DNA of 64,000 bases, taken from positions 736,001 to 800,000 of the forward strand of contig CAVOKF010000004.1 of assembly GCA_963696385.1 (NCBI GenBank). Direction: 5' to 3'. The position numbers and the translations under genes were made by a program. Positions within the stretch are counted from its first letter, which is position 1. Each line of letters begins with the position of its first letter. Under the pieces are notes generated by a model that searched no databases, was not told the DNA's origin, and saw only the letters and a program-made list of their open reading frames with translations. The DNA comes from an uncultured delta proteobacterium. GTDB lineage: Bacteria; Myxococcota_A; Polyangia; Polyangiales; Polyangiaceae. Of this stretch, positions 20,088 through 30,300 are shown piece after piece.

Positions 20088-20894
20088 ATGAAGACGTCTC
20101 TGGCGATGGCGACGTGCTGTTCGGTGGTGATTCTCACGGCGGCGAACGCTCCGGCTCAGGACCAGCCTTGGTGGAACGGTGAGTCGTCCGACGTCGCCCC
20201 GCAGTCCCCCCCGTCCGCGCCTCCGGCGGCTCCGTCTCAAGCGCAAGGCCAACCGCCACAGTCGCCGCCTCAGCCACCACCGCCGCCCCAAGCGGCACCC
20301 GGGTCGGATTCCACGCAAGCGGGGCCTGCGCAACCTCCGCCCGGTCCACCTCCATCCGCTCCGCTTCAAGCCGGCGAACCCGGGGCGCCGCCGCAGCCTC
20401 CTCCCGATGGGCAGGCCTACCCCGCTGCTCCCCAAGTCACCGAGCAGATGGCGTCGCAGGGCGAGTGGGTTTACACGGCACAATACGGCTGGATTTGGGT
20501 GCCCTACGGATTGACGACCACGAATGTGGGGGTCAATCCGTACGTGTATCTTTACGCCCCTTCGTACGGTTGGAGGTGGTTGGCGTCTCCCTGGGGCCTG
20601 GGGCCCTTTCATTATGGGCCGTGGGGGTGGGGTCCTCGGTGGGGCGCTCAATACGCTCCGCGCGGCTGGGGCGGGGCCGCTCGTTACGCCCCGCGCATCG
20701 GCGGGGCGGTGGTCCACGCGGCGCCGGGTGCCTACGGCCGCGGGGTTCTGGTCGCGCCGCATGGCTACGTCGGTGGAGGGGGAGCGCCTTACCTCGGCGC
20801 ACGCCGAATGGGGGGCAATTACGGTACCGCTTCGCACATCGGCGGAGGGGCGGGTGGCGGCCACGCAGGTGGTGGCGGCGGCCACCACCGCTAG
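20088..20894 (+). CDS. Exported Pro/Gln- and Gly-rich protein with YGW-type aromatic repeat domain
   Basis: Signal peptide, Pro/Gln linker, GEWVYTAQYGWIWVP...YGWRW...PWG, Gly/His tail. Confidence 0.65.
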   Translation: MKTSLAMATCCSVVILTAANAPAQDQPWWNGESSDVAPQSPPSAPPAAPSQAQGQPPQSPPQPPPPPQAAPGSDSTQAGPAQPPPGPPPSAPLQAGEPGAPPQPPPDGQAYPAAPQVTEQMASQGEWVYTAQYGWIWVPYGLTTTNVGVNPYVYLYAPSYGWRWLASPWGLGPFHYGPWGWGPRWGAQYAPRGWGGAARYAPRIGGAVVHAAPGAYGRGVLVAPHGYVGGGGAPYLGARRMGGNYGTASHIGGGAGGGHAGGGGGHHR

Positions 20895-20917
20895 AGTACC
20901 GCGCGGGCACGAAACGC

Positions 20918-21439
20918 TTACCCGCGCACGGCCTTCTCCAGCAGGTCCCCCACGGGCGCGAGTCGGGCCGCAAGGGCCGGGTCGAGGCCATGTCGTTCCA
21001 CGAGGAGCGCGGGCGTGTTGAATGTGATCCACACGGCCCCGCGTTCGTCTTGCCAGACGAGCGCTTTCAGGGGCAGGTCGATCGCCGTGGTGGGTCGTGC
21101 GACCATCAGCGGCGTGCCGGCGCGGGGGCTTCCGAAGATCAGGACGACCGCAGGCGGCATTACGAGACCGGCCGCACGCGCCTCGGCGGCCTGATCGATG
21201 CGGGCGAACACCTTCATTCCCGCCGCTCGGACCGCCGTCTCGATTCGTTCCACGGCCTCGTCGACGCCGAGTGCCGTGGGAACGGTCCGCATGGATCCTC
21301 GCTGCGCGGCTGTGGGAGGAGTGGGAGGGACCTCGGGAGGGCCGGCGTGCGTTCCAGTCCATTCGGGCGGATCGCTCGCCGGGAACGATTCCTCGCTGGT
21401 CTCATCGATCGGATCGTGGGGGGTGCCGGGCTCGCTCAT
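20918..21439 (-). CDS. DUF302 protein with N-terminal 'ESFPASDPP' peptide
   Basis: FARIDQA.EA..AGL, FGSPRAGTPLM, AIDLPLKALVW; AGGAG RBS before MSEPG. Confidence 0.82.
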   Translation of the reverse strand: MSEPGTPHDPIDETSEESFPASDPPEWTGTHAGPPEVPPTPPTAAQRGSMRTVPTALGVDEAVERIETAVRAAGMKVFARIDQAAEARAAGLVMPPAVVLIFGSPRAGTPLMVARPTTAIDLPLKALVWQDERGAVWITFNTPALLVERHGLDPALAARLAPVGDLLEKAVRG

Positions 21440-21609
21440 AACGCTCCTCGGTGCAGTGAACGCCGTCTATACGCCTTAGCGGAAGGGGCTCGGCCTGCAA
21501 CACGTGTTGCTTCTGCTTCGGCCCGCCGCGTCCGCGCCACGCGCGGACTGAGCGCGCATTCCCCGATTGACAGTCGGCGCCCATGCGCGGCAGCATTCGC
21601 CGATTGCCT

Positions 21610-22176
21610 ATGATGATCCCCACGAAGCTCTCCTACGCGTCCCTTCCCGCTCTCCTCGTCATGGTGGCCTGCGGCAGCAGCAACGGCGGCGGTGGTGCCA
21701 GCAGCAGCAGCGGGAGCAGCAGCAGTGGCAGCCCGGACTTTGCCGGCACCTACAGCGCAACCTTTTCCGGCACATTCCAAAACACCTCTCCGAACACCCT
21801 CTCCGGGCCCAGTAGTTCGGTCGCCACAATCACGGTCACCAACGTGTCCGCCACAGTGATCGAACTGTCTTGGCAGGTTGCCCCCAACCCACCGAGCGGC
21901 ACGGCGTTCTTCCTGATGTCCGGTTCGAGTGGCACGCTCACGGACGCGGGGGCCCCCGCAGTTTCCGCGGATGCCGGAGGGACGGCGGTGGGTGGCTCGT
22001 GCTTCACGGGCCTCGTCAATGGCAACACGCAGACGAACTGCTGCACGGACTGCACGGTCTCGTTCAGCGGCAACACCCTCACGCAGCCGAACGCCGGCGA
22101 TTACAACGGCACGACCCCTCAAGGGATTGCCTATACGGGCACCTACACGGGCACTTGGGTGGGCACACGCCAGTAG
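21610..22176 (+). CDS. Ser/Thr/Gly-rich lipoprotein
   Basis: Lipobox MVAC, Ser/Gly linker, beta-rich Thr domain with CC..C. Confidence 0.65.
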   Translation: MMIPTKLSYASLPALLVMVACGSSNGGGGASSSSGSSSSGSPDFAGTYSATFSGTFQNTSPNTLSGPSSSVATITVTNVSATVIELSWQVAPNPPSGTAFFLMSGSSGTLTDAGAPAVSADAGGTAVGGSCFTGLVNGNTQTNCCTDCTVSFSGNTLTQPNAGDYNGTTPQGIAYTGTYTGTWVGTRQ

Positions 22177-22202
22177 CGGAGCGACTCGCGCCCGATCTTC
22201 GA

Positions 22203-23675
22203 TCAGTTGCCCGTGCGATTGGGATCTCGCCAGGCTCGTTCGAAGGGCAGCCGCCAGGCATGCGGCGCAATCAGCGAATGGATCACGTTCGGTCCCCAGG
22301 AGCCGGGCGTGTAGAGGCGAACGGGGGGAGGTGCCTCCAAGAGCGGTGTGGACTTCTCCCATAGCTGTTCGATGCCGTCGGCCGTGGTAAAGAGCGTGCG
22401 ATCGCCTCTCATGGCGTCGAGAATCAGTCTCTCGTACGCTTCGAGCACGTCTCCGGCAAATCCCGTCTCATGCATCGCGAATTGCAAGCTCAGCTTGTCG
22501 AGACGCATACCGGGTCCGGGGCGCTTGCCGTAAAACGAGAGCGACATCTTCGACGCGTCCGCCAAGTCGAAGGTCAAGTGGTCCGGCCCCTGCGCGCCGA
22601 CGCCTGAACCGGCCGGAAACATGCTCTTCGGGGGTTCGCGGAATGCGATCGAGATGATCCGCTGCCCTTCGGCAAGCCGCTTGCCGGTACGCAGGTAAAA
22701 CGGAACGCCGGCCCACCGCCAGTTGTCGATGAAGCACTTGAGCGCGATGAACGTCTCGGTATCCGACTCGGGGTGGATGCCGTCTTCGGCCCGGTAGCCG
22801 ATGTATTGTCCGCGGACGACGTGCGTCGGCTGGATGGGCAACATGCTGCGAAATACTTTGTTCTTTTCCTCGCTGATGGGATTCGGCTCCAACGAAGTGG
22901 GCGGCTCCATGGCCATGAACGCGAGGATTTGAAACAGATGAGTCACGACCATATCGCGAAATGCACCGACCGTTTCGTAGAACCCGCTGCGCTTTCCGAG
23001 ACCCAGCGTCTCCGGCACGTCGATTTGTACGTGGTCGATGAAGTTGCGATTCCAGATCGGCTCGAAGAGCCCATTGGCAAAACGGAACGCCAGGATATTT
23101 TGAGCCGGCTCCTTGCCGAGAAAATGATCGATCCGAAAAATCTGTTGTTCGCTGAATACCTCGTGCAAGCGTGCGTTCAAGGTCACGGCACTCGCGAGAT
23201 CGGTCCCGAACGGCTTCTCCATGACGACTCGAGATCGCTCGACGAGTCCGGCTTCGCCGAGCGTTCGTACGGCCGACAGCGCCGCGCTCGGCGGTACGCT
23301 CAAATAGTGCAACCGTCGGCTTTCGCCGACGAACGTTTGCTCGGCCTTCTCGGCCGCCGCCTTCAAGGCGCCCGCACCCGCCGCCAGCGGCACGTAGTCG
23401 AGGCTCTCGGCAAAGGAGGTCCAGTCTGCGTCGGTCACCTTGCGAGTGCCGAAATCACCCAGAGCGGCACGCGCGACCTGGCGGAAGCCCTCCGCGTCGA
23501 TTTCGTCGAGCGAGACGCCGATGATCCGGCAGCCCGGGATGAACCCGGCGCTCGAGAGATGGAACAGGCCGGGCAGCAGCTTGCGTCGCGCAAGGTCCCC
23601 GGTCGCCCCCACGAGCACGACGAGGTGCGGATACCGCGGACCCACCCGTGCATGAGTTTTTGCCGCCGTATTCAC
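22203..23675 (-). CDS. zwf: Glucose-6-phosphate 1-dehydrogenase
   Basis: GATGDLARRKL, EKPFG, RIDHFLGKE, RWAGVPFYLRTGKRL, EAYERL. Confidence 0.97.
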   Translation of the reverse strand: MNTAAKTHARVGPRYPHLVVLVGATGDLARRKLLPGLFHLSSAGFIPGCRIIGVSLDEIDAEGFRQVARAALGDFGTRKVTDADWTSFAESLDYVPLAAGAGALKAAAEKAEQTFVGESRRLHYLSVPPSAALSAVRTLGEAGLVERSRVVMEKPFGTDLASAVTLNARLHEVFSEQQIFRIDHFLGKEPAQNILAFRFANGLFEPIWNRNFIDHVQIDVPETLGLGKRSGFYETVGAFRDMVVTHLFQILAFMAMEPPTSLEPNPISEEKNKVFRSMLPIQPTHVVRGQYIGYRAEDGIHPESDTETFIALKCFIDNWRWAGVPFYLRTGKRLAEGQRIISIAFREPPKSMFPAGSGVGAQGPDHLTFDLADASKMSLSFYGKRPGPGMRLDKLSLQFAMHETGFAGDVLEAYERLILDAMRGDRTLFTTADGIEQLWEKSTPLLEAPPPVRLYTPGSWGPNVIHSLIAPHAWRLPFERAWRDPNRTGN

Positions 23676-23748
23676 TGGCTCATCGCGACTGTACCCGAGC
23701 TATCGCAGTCTGGACGCCATTTTTACCGAAATGGCGCCGCGATCGCGC

Positions 23749-25416
23749 TCATCGCCTCGCGCGCGACCTGACGAGCGCGCGGACCGCACGCAAATCGAAT
23801 GGCTTTCGCACGATGGGTGCGTCCACGGTTTCGAGAAAACGCCGGCCGTCGTCGGTGAATGCGCCGCCCGTGATGAACACGAAGCGGTCCGCGCTTTCCG
23901 GACGCTTGGTCATGACCTCGCGGTACACATCCGCCCCGGTGACGGTTGGCATCATGAGATCGCACAGCACGAGATCGTAGCCATGCTCGGTCGAGAGCCG
24001 ATCGATCGCTTCGCGCCCGTCGGTCAGGATGTCGACGTCGCACTCTTTCGCGAGCGCGCGCGCCAGCGTGCGTGCAACTCCGATGTCGTCCTCGATGACG
24101 AGCACCCGAAGTCGTCTGCGGGCTCCCTTCCGCGGTCGGACCTCTTCGTCGGCCTTTGCGGCACTCACGCGGGTCGGCGCTACGGGGGTCGGGGCCGCCG
24201 GCATCGCGGCCTCGGTGCCGACGGATGTCGAAGGCAGCGCGATGCGGAAGACCGTTCCGCGATTCGCGGCGCTCTCGAACGTGATCTCGCCTCCGAGCGC
24301 CTTCACGATCGAGCGCGTGATCGAAAGTCCGAGTCCCATCCCCTGGCCGACGTCCTTCGTCGTGAAAAATGGCTCGAAGACACGCTCCCGGATCGCCTCG
24401 GGGATTCCCGTGCCGTTGTCGGCGATCTCGATGAGCACGCGGGCGCCATCCATTCGCGTAGCGATCCGAATCTCGTTGCGCGCGGCCCTCGCCTCTGAAA
24501 ATGCCTGCGCGGCATTTACGAGAACGTTGAGAAACACTTGCGACAGCTGCGGCGGATCGGCCAATACGGGTGTCAAATCCCCGAACTCCTTGACGACCCG
24601 CGCGCTGTATTTGACTGTGTTCGCAATCAGGATCAACGATTGGTCCAGTAGCTTGTTGACGTCCACCGGCTGGAGTCGACCGGTCTCGCCGCGCGCGAGC
24701 ATCCGCATACTCTGGACGATCTCGCTGACGGTCTTGGCCGCCAGCTTCGCATCGGTCAGCGCTTCCACCAGTTCCCCGGGGGGCGCTCGATCTCCGTTGG
24801 CGCGCCACAGGCTGACCGATTCGAGTGCAAGATCCAACGACGCCATGACCGTCGTGAGCGGGTTGTTGATCTCGTGCGCGATGCCGGCCGCAAGCGTAGC
24901 GAGGGCGACGAGCCGCTCGGCTGCGCGCAGCGTAGCCGCGTTTCGGCGAGCCTCGGTCACGTCGCGCACGGCGGCGGCCACGAAGTGTTCGCTGCCGACA
25001 GGGACTGGGCTGAGACTGATCTCGACCGGAAACTCGCCCCCGTCCTTTTTCCGCCCCCAAAGCGAGCGGCCCGCACCCATCGCGCGCGTGCGGGGGGCCC
25101 GGACGAAATCGATCCGGTACCCCTCATGGTTCGCTCGGAACCGCTCGGGGACGAGGATCTCGATCGCCTTCCCCGACAACTCGTCGCGCGAGTAGCCGAA
25201 CAGATGTTCGAGTAGAGTGTTCACGAAGACGATCCGCCCGCCCGAATCGACGACGAGCAGGGCGTCGGGTGCAGCCTCGATGAACTCACGGATGAAGGCG
25301 TCGTTGACGATCGGATCGGGCAAGGGGGTCGACTCGCGGCGAGCATAGGCGAATTCATGAAGACCGGGCAAAAGCCGAGGACCGCGCCGCGCGCTCCCGG
25401 ACTGCAGGATGTGCAT
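23749..25416 (-). CDS. Cytoplasmic PAS-histidine kinase-receiver hybrid
   Basis: PAS (EAAPDA..., FPVEISLSP); H-box AHEINNPL; N, G1, F and G2 boxes; receiver VLCDLMMP; start uncertain. Confidence 0.92.
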   Translation of the reverse strand: MHILQSGSARRGPRLLPGLHEFAYARRESTPLPDPIVNDAFIREFIEAAPDALLVVDSGGRIVFVNTLLEHLFGYSRDELSGKAIEILVPERFRANHEGYRIDFVRAPRTRAMGAGRSLWGRKKDGGEFPVEISLSPVPVGSEHFVAAAVRDVTEARRNAATLRAAERLVALATLAAGIAHEINNPLTTVMASLDLALESVSLWRANGDRAPPGELVEALTDAKLAAKTVSEIVQSMRMLARGETGRLQPVDVNKLLDQSLILIANTVKYSARVVKEFGDLTPVLADPPQLSQVFLNVLVNAAQAFSEARAARNEIRIATRMDGARVLIEIADNGTGIPEAIRERVFEPFFTTKDVGQGMGLGLSITRSIVKALGGEITFESAANRGTVFRIALPSTSVGTEAAMPAAPTPVAPTRVSAAKADEEVRPRKGARRRLRVLVIEDDIGVARTLARALAKECDVDILTDGREAIDRLSTEHGYDLVLCDLMMPTVTGADVYREVMTKRPESADRFVFITGGAFTDDGRRFLETVDAPIVRKPFDLRAVRALVRSRARR

Positions 25417-25498
25417 TCGAGCGCAACGCTTGCCGGATGCGAGGATGATGACTAGGGCTCGGTGCGTGTCGGTCCGCCGCTTGCTTCGCCGCGATGAC

Positions 25499-26341
25499 AT
25501 GCATCATCCATCATGGCCCATCGCCGTTCTTGTGATGTCCGGCTGCGCAGGCCCCCCTGCCTCGCTGACCCCGCCCGCGGCAGCGCCCGAAACGGCGAGG
25601 GCCTCACCCGGATCGACGGCGGCGGCCGTTGCGACCCACGAGCCGAGCCCGATCGGCCAGATGGCGCGCGTGCCCGAGGGCACGTACCGGATGGGTTCCG
25701 AGGTCGGCGAGCCCGACGAGCAGCCGGTGCACGACGTCCGGATCCTCGCGTTCGAAATGGACCTCACGGAAGTCACCGTAGGCCAGTATGCCCAGTGCGT
25801 GCGCGCCGGCGGTTGCGTGCCCGCGCCCACCGTCGTTCAGTTTCCCGGCGTGACGGAGGCGGATCGGCAGCTCTTGGATCCTCAGTGCAACGACGACCGG
25901 CCCGAGTACAAAGAGCACGCGGAGAACTGCGTCGATTGGAGCATGGCCGACGCGTACTGCCGCTGGGCCGGCAAGCGCCTGCCTACCGAAGAGGAGTGGG
26001 AATACGCCGCCTGCGGTAGCGACTGCGGCAAGGCGCTCGAGGGACAAGGCGGAGCAGCGGGCATCCTGACTCGCGAACGCTGGCCGTTCACGACGCGCGT
26101 GGCGATAGGCTGGCCGGGACCGTTCGGAATCTACGATATGGCAGGCAACGTCTGGGAGTGGACGGCGGGCGTGTACTGTCCGTACGATCATCCCGCATGC
26201 CGCGATTCGCGGCGCGTCGTCCGGGGCGGAAGCTGGTCGATGGTGGACGCTTTGTCCGTGCGTCTCACCGATCGATCGCCGAGCGATCCCGCGACACGCA
26301 ACACCAACCTCGGATTTCGCTGCGCTCGCGGTTCTCCTTGA
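25499..26341 (+). CDS. FGE-sulfatase/SUMF1-domain lipoprotein
   Basis: MSGC lipobox; MDLTEVT, RLPTEEEWEYAA, DMAGNVWEW, RGGSW, GFRCA. Confidence 0.9.
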   Translation: MHHPSWPIAVLVMSGCAGPPASLTPPAAAPETARASPGSTAAAVATHEPSPIGQMARVPEGTYRMGSEVGEPDEQPVHDVRILAFEMDLTEVTVGQYAQCVRAGGCVPAPTVVQFPGVTEADRQLLDPQCNDDRPEYKEHAENCVDWSMADAYCRWAGKRLPTEEEWEYAACGSDCGKALEGQGGAAGILTRERWPFTTRVAIGWPGPFGIYDMAGNVWEWTAGVYCPYDHPACRDSRRVVRGGSWSMVDALSVRLTDRSPSDPATRNTNLGFRCARGSP

Positions 26342-26508
26342 GGCTCCGAGGGCCCCGGCACGTGTCGCGATCCTCCGGGCGATCTCTCGCGCGACGCGGA
26401 GTACCCGGCTCGGAGTGAGACGAGGACGACACGCAACGGCAAGGGCGGGGGCTCTCCACCTCGATGTGCTAAGTGCCCGCACAAACGTGCGCGTCGCCCT
26501 GGCGGCGC

Positions 26509-26814
26509 TTACGCGAAGTTCTTGGCGGGCATCGCCAGGACGTCGTGGACGTACGCGATGATCGGCTGGCCCGCGTACTGGCCCGCGATGAGTTCCAGGA
26601 TCCTCTCGGCCAGCTCCGGGGCGACGAGCATCTCGAGCCGCAAGCTCGATGCATCGACGAGGCCGGCGGTCCGAAGGCCGTGCACGCCGCGCCCATCGAC
26701 CTTGCCGACGCTGTAGGCCGTCACCCCGATCGCTCTCAGGTCGTTCGACAGCCGCGGCTCGAGCTCGAACGCCGCGACCACGGTGACGAGAGTGACTTTT
26801 GCTTTCTCGACCAT
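26509..26814 (-). CDS. PII-like (SbtB/DUF190-type) protein, copy 1
   Basis: AAGGAGG RBS; 101 aa; GVTAYSVGKVDGRG, LRLEMLV...AERI, AYVHDV pattern of PII-like folds. Confidence 0.78.
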   Translation of the reverse strand: MVEKAKVTLVTVVAAFELEPRLSNDLRAIGVTAYSVGKVDGRGVHGLRTAGLVDASSLRLEMLVAPELAERILELIAGQYAGQPIIAYVHDVLAMPAKNFA

Positions 26815-26923
26815 CACGACCTCCTTGTGAAATGCCGCGCCGCCGGCTCGTTCGCCTCCGGCGACGCGGTTGCCATGGGCTTGCGGGACGACGTTGGACG
26901 ATCGGTGAGCACGGGCGTGCGCC

Positions 26924-29900
26924 TCACGACTCCGCCGGTCCCAACGGTCCGTCGTCTTCATGACGCGCTTTCCAGTCCTCGAGCCAATGATGCGCGAGGA
27001 CCAAGAGCGGAGGCTGTAGGATGCGCGTGAGAACCGCCAGGATGAGCGATCCGCCGATGACGACGATCGCCAGGGGCTTCTGCGTTTGCGCTCCGATGCC
27101 GTTCGAAAGGGCCGCCGGCATGAGACCGAGCATCGCGACGAGCGTCGTCATGAGCACGGGTCGGAACCGCTTCTCGGCGGCCTCGCGCGCGGCCTGCTCA
27201 ATCGAGTGACCTTCCGTGTTACGGAGCCGCTGAAAGTACGTGACGATGAGAATGGCGTCTTGAATCGCGATTCCGAAGATTGAAATGAACCCCATCGCCG
27301 CGGAAACCGAGAATGTGGTTCCCGTGATCAAGAGAGCCAGCACTCCGCCCGTGCATGCGACGGGGATGTCGATGAGGGTGATCATCGTGTCCACCCAGTT
27401 TCCGACCGCGATGTAGACGACGAACCCGATGAGCAAGATGGTGAGCGGGACCATGATCGTAAGCCGCTTCATGACCCTGTTGAGCTCTTGAATCTCGCCC
27501 TCCCACTCGAGGTGCATGCCGTACGGAAGGTGGACATGGTCCTTGATTCTCTGTTGGGACTCGGCGATGGCGCTCGCCAGGTCGCGGCCGCGCACGCCGA
27601 ACTTGACCGGGGCGTAGCGCTGCAGGTTTTCGCGATAAATGCTGGTCGGCCCGGTGACTTGCTCGACCGTCGCGATCTGACCGAGTGGGATGTACGACCC
27701 GGAAGGCGTGGACACCGTAATCTCGCGTATGGCCTCGATCGACGACCGGTATTTCTCCTGCCATCGCACGGTGAGGTCGAAGAACTTGTCGCCTTCGTAC
27801 ACTTCGACGATGGGCGTCCCGTTGCCTGTGAGTCCGCCGAGTGCCGACTGAATGACGTTCGCGACGTCGCCGGTATTCAGACCGTAACGCGCGAGCGCCT
27901 TGCGGTCCGGCGTGATCTTGACGTCGGGCTGCCCCAGCGACTTGAAGAGCCCGAGGTCCACGACACCGGGCACGGTTCGCATAACGTCGACAATCTGGTC
28001 GGCCACCTTTTCGTTCTGCTCGAGGTCGCGCCCGAAAATTTTAACCGAGTTTGCGCCTTTGACGCCGGCGGTGGCCTCCTCGACGTTGTCGAGGATGTAC
28101 TGCGAAAAGTTGAAGAGCGTGCCGGGAAATGCCTCGGTCAGTTCCTTGTTCATCTCGTCGGTCAGCTTGTCTTTCGTCACGCCGCGCGGCCACTCGTCGA
28201 ACGGCTTGAGCGGCGCGAAGAACTCGACATTGAAGAATCCGGTCACGTCGGTGCCGTCGTCGGGGCGTCCGAGCTGCGAGATGACGGTGACGACTTCGGG
28301 ATACTTGCGGTTCGCGTCGGTGCACGCGACGCTCGGATCGGACGGGCAGCCCCGCACGATTCGTCGCATGCGCGTCGTGTACTCGGCCGATTTTTCGAGT
28401 GAGATCGACATCGGCATCGTCGCGCGGATCCACAGATTGCCTTCCTCGAGCTTGGGCATGAAGTCGCGCCCGAGAAAGGGAAAGAGCACGATGCACGCGA
28501 ATATGGGAATCGTCCCGAAGGCCAGTGCCGTCTTCGGCCTGCGGAGCGCGGCGTCGAAGAAGGGATTATAAACTTTGTGAAGAAAGTGCATGATGAAGTT
28601 TTCTTTTTCTTCATGCTGGGCCGGAACGAATCTCGCGGCGAGCACGGGCGTCAGGGTCAGCGCGAAGAGAATGGCTCCCCCGATCGCCGTCGCGTAAGTC
28701 CGCGCCATCGGCCCAAAGATGGCCCCCGGCACGCCGACCAGCGTGAAGAGCGGCAGAAATGCGAGGCCGATGATGAGCGTCGAGTACATCATCGGCGTGC
28801 CCACTTCGCGCGCCCCGGCGAGCACGCGCTCGTTCATCGACCCGGTTCCGCTCGGGCCAAGGCGCCGGAAGATGTTTTCCATCATGATGATGGTCGAGTC
28901 GACGACGATCCCGAAGTCGACCGCGCCGAGCGAAAGCAGGTTGGCCGATTGCCCGGTGGCCACGATGGCAATGATGGCCACCGTCAGGGCCAGCGGGATG
29001 TTGAGCGCCGTGATGATGGCCGCGCGGACGTCGCTCAAGAAGAGCACGAGCACGAAGACGACCAGGGCCATGCCGATGAGGACGTTCTCGAGCACCGTGT
29101 GGACGGTCAGCTTCGTGAGCTCGCCGCGGTCGTAGTACGGAACGAGCTTCATGCCGGGCGGAAGAAGGTTATTTTCTTCGATGAACTTGACCTTGTCCTT
29201 GATGCCCGCGAGCACCGGGTTGGCCTGGGCGCCATACCGCATCAGCACGATGCCTTGCACGACGTCATCGGCGTCGTCGTGCCCGACCATTCCGAGCCGC
29301 GGTGCGTGCCCCACGGTGACGTCCGCGACGTCCTTGACGCGGACGGGCGTTCCCGTGTTCAGGCCGCCTGCCTGGGGTCCCTGGGAAATGACGACGTCGT
29401 TGATGTCCGTCAGCGGCGTGTCGAAATAGCCGAGCAGGCCGATGCCGCGGATGTCGTAGGATTGCTCGCCGATCGAGAGCCGCTGACCGCCCACGTTCTG
29501 GTTGGCGTTCTGAAGAGCGGCGATCGTCTGGGTGAGCGTGACGCCGTGGCCGCGAAGCCGGTACGGGTCGACGTCGACATGGTACTGCTTGGTCGTGCCG
29601 CCGTAGCTCGTCACGTCGATGACGCCTTGGACCTGACGCCATTGGCGCTCCATGATCCAATCCTCGGCCGTCTTCAAATCGGTCAGGGTGTACCCCTTGC
29701 CCTCGAGCGTGTAACGAAACACCTCGCCGATGGCGTTCCACGGTGAAATCTGAGACGACAAACCGTTCGGCAGCTGGATCCAGCTCGTCATCCGGTTGAT
29801 GACCTCCTGGCGATCGGCCCAGTAGTCGGTCCCCCAAGCGAAGTAGCACTTGATATCGCTCAGGCTAAAGAGCGACTGCGAGCGAATGTAGGTGAGCCCG

Positions 29901-30130
29901 CGCATCCCCGACAGGCCGACCTCCATCGGGATCGTCACGTAGCGCTCGACCTCCTCGGCGCTCCAGCCCATGGGCTGGACCAACGTTTCGACGAGCGGCG
30001 GGCAGGGGTTGGGGTACGCCTCGATATCCAGCTCCGAGTAGGCGATGGCCCCCCCGAAAATGACGATCAGTGTGCTCGCGATGACGATGATGCGAAACTG
30101 CAGCGCGAAGGCGACAATTCGTTGAATCAT
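26924..30130 (-). CDS. czcA: Heavy-metal efflux RND transporter (CzcA/CusA family), copy 1
   Basis: LDIEAYP, SANLLSLGAVDFGIVVD...MMEN, MPKLEEG, RFRPVLMT, QKPLAIVVIGG. Confidence 0.93.
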   Translation of the reverse strand: MIQRIVAFALQFRIIVIASTLIVIFGGAIAYSELDIEAYPNPCPPLVETLVQPMGWSAEEVERYVTIPMEVGLSGMRGLTYIRSQSLFSLSDIKCYFAWGTDYWADRQEVINRMTSWIQLPNGLSSQISPWNAIGEVFRYTLEGKGYTLTDLKTAEDWIMERQWRQVQGVIDVTSYGGTTKQYHVDVDPYRLRGHGVTLTQTIAALQNANQNVGGQRLSIGEQSYDIRGIGLLGYFDTPLTDINDVVISQGPQAGGLNTGTPVRVKDVADVTVGHAPRLGMVGHDDADDVVQGIVLMRYGAQANPVLAGIKDKVKFIEENNLLPPGMKLVPYYDRGELTKLTVHTVLENVLIGMALVVFVLVLFLSDVRAAIITALNIPLALTVAIIAIVATGQSANLLSLGAVDFGIVVDSTIIMMENIFRRLGPSGTGSMNERVLAGAREVGTPMMYSTLIIGLAFLPLFTLVGVPGAIFGPMARTYATAIGGAILFALTLTPVLAARFVPAQHEEKENFIMHFLHKVYNPFFDAALRRPKTALAFGTIPIFACIVLFPFLGRDFMPKLEEGNLWIRATMPMSISLEKSAEYTTRMRRIVRGCPSDPSVACTDANRKYPEVVTVISQLGRPDDGTDVTGFFNVEFFAPLKPFDEWPRGVTKDKLTDEMNKELTEAFPGTLFNFSQYILDNVEEATAGVKGANSVKIFGRDLEQNEKVADQIVDVMRTVPGVVDLGLFKSLGQPDVKITPDRKALARYGLNTGDVANVIQSALGGLTGNGTPIVEVYEGDKFFDLTVRWQEKYRSSIEAIREITVSTPSGSYIPLGQIATVEQVTGPTSIYRENLQRYAPVKFGVRGRDLASAIAESQQRIKDHVHLPYGMHLEWEGEIQELNRVMKRLTIMVPLTILLIGFVVYIAVGNWVDTMITLIDIPVACTGGVLALLITGTTFSVSAAMGFISIFGIAIQDAILIVTYFQRLRNTEGHSIEQAAREAAEKRFRPVLMTTLVAMLGLMPAALSNGIGAQTQKPLAIVVIGGSLILAVLTRILQPPLLVLAHHWLEDWKARHEDDGPLGPAES

Positions 30131-30170
30131 GGGCCGGCAAGAGCCTTCGCCCAGGGGGGGCCCGCCGCGC

Positions 30171-30186
30171 ATGACAGCAACATTAA
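30171..30186 (-). promoter_or_regulatory. Conserved box upstream of czcA copy 1
   Basis: ATGACAGCAACATTAA; the same RTGA-N4-RACATTAA occurs at 41957-41972 and 62077-62092. Confidence 0.6.
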
Positions 30187-30284
30187 ATCGGCGTAAGGAT
30201 CGCGAAACGCGCCGGCTTCCAAGAGCCGCTAGCGTGACGCATCGCCTAAATGGCCAGAGTTATTTTTAGCCGTTCGTCTTCGTC

Positions 30285-30300
30285 TGGCGCGCCGAATGCT
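30285..30300 (+). promoter_or_regulatory. Sigma54 -24/-12 promoter of response regulator 1
   Basis: TGGCGCGCCGAATGCT (GG-N10-GC), ending 132 nt before GTG 30432; positionally conserved in three copies. Confidence 0.7.

Noticed and set aside
20190..20420. CCG/CCA-rich repeats
   Set aside because: They encode a Pro/Gln linker.
21672..21733. AGC/GGC trinucleotide repeats
   Set aside because: They encode the Ser/Gly linker of a lipoprotein; not a CRISPR or separate VNTR element.
26815..26961. N-terminal extension of the PII-like proteins in the ORF track (also 58724-58813)
   Set aside because: Strong AGGAGG sites sit right before MVEKAK in both copies, and synonymous changes favour a different frame.
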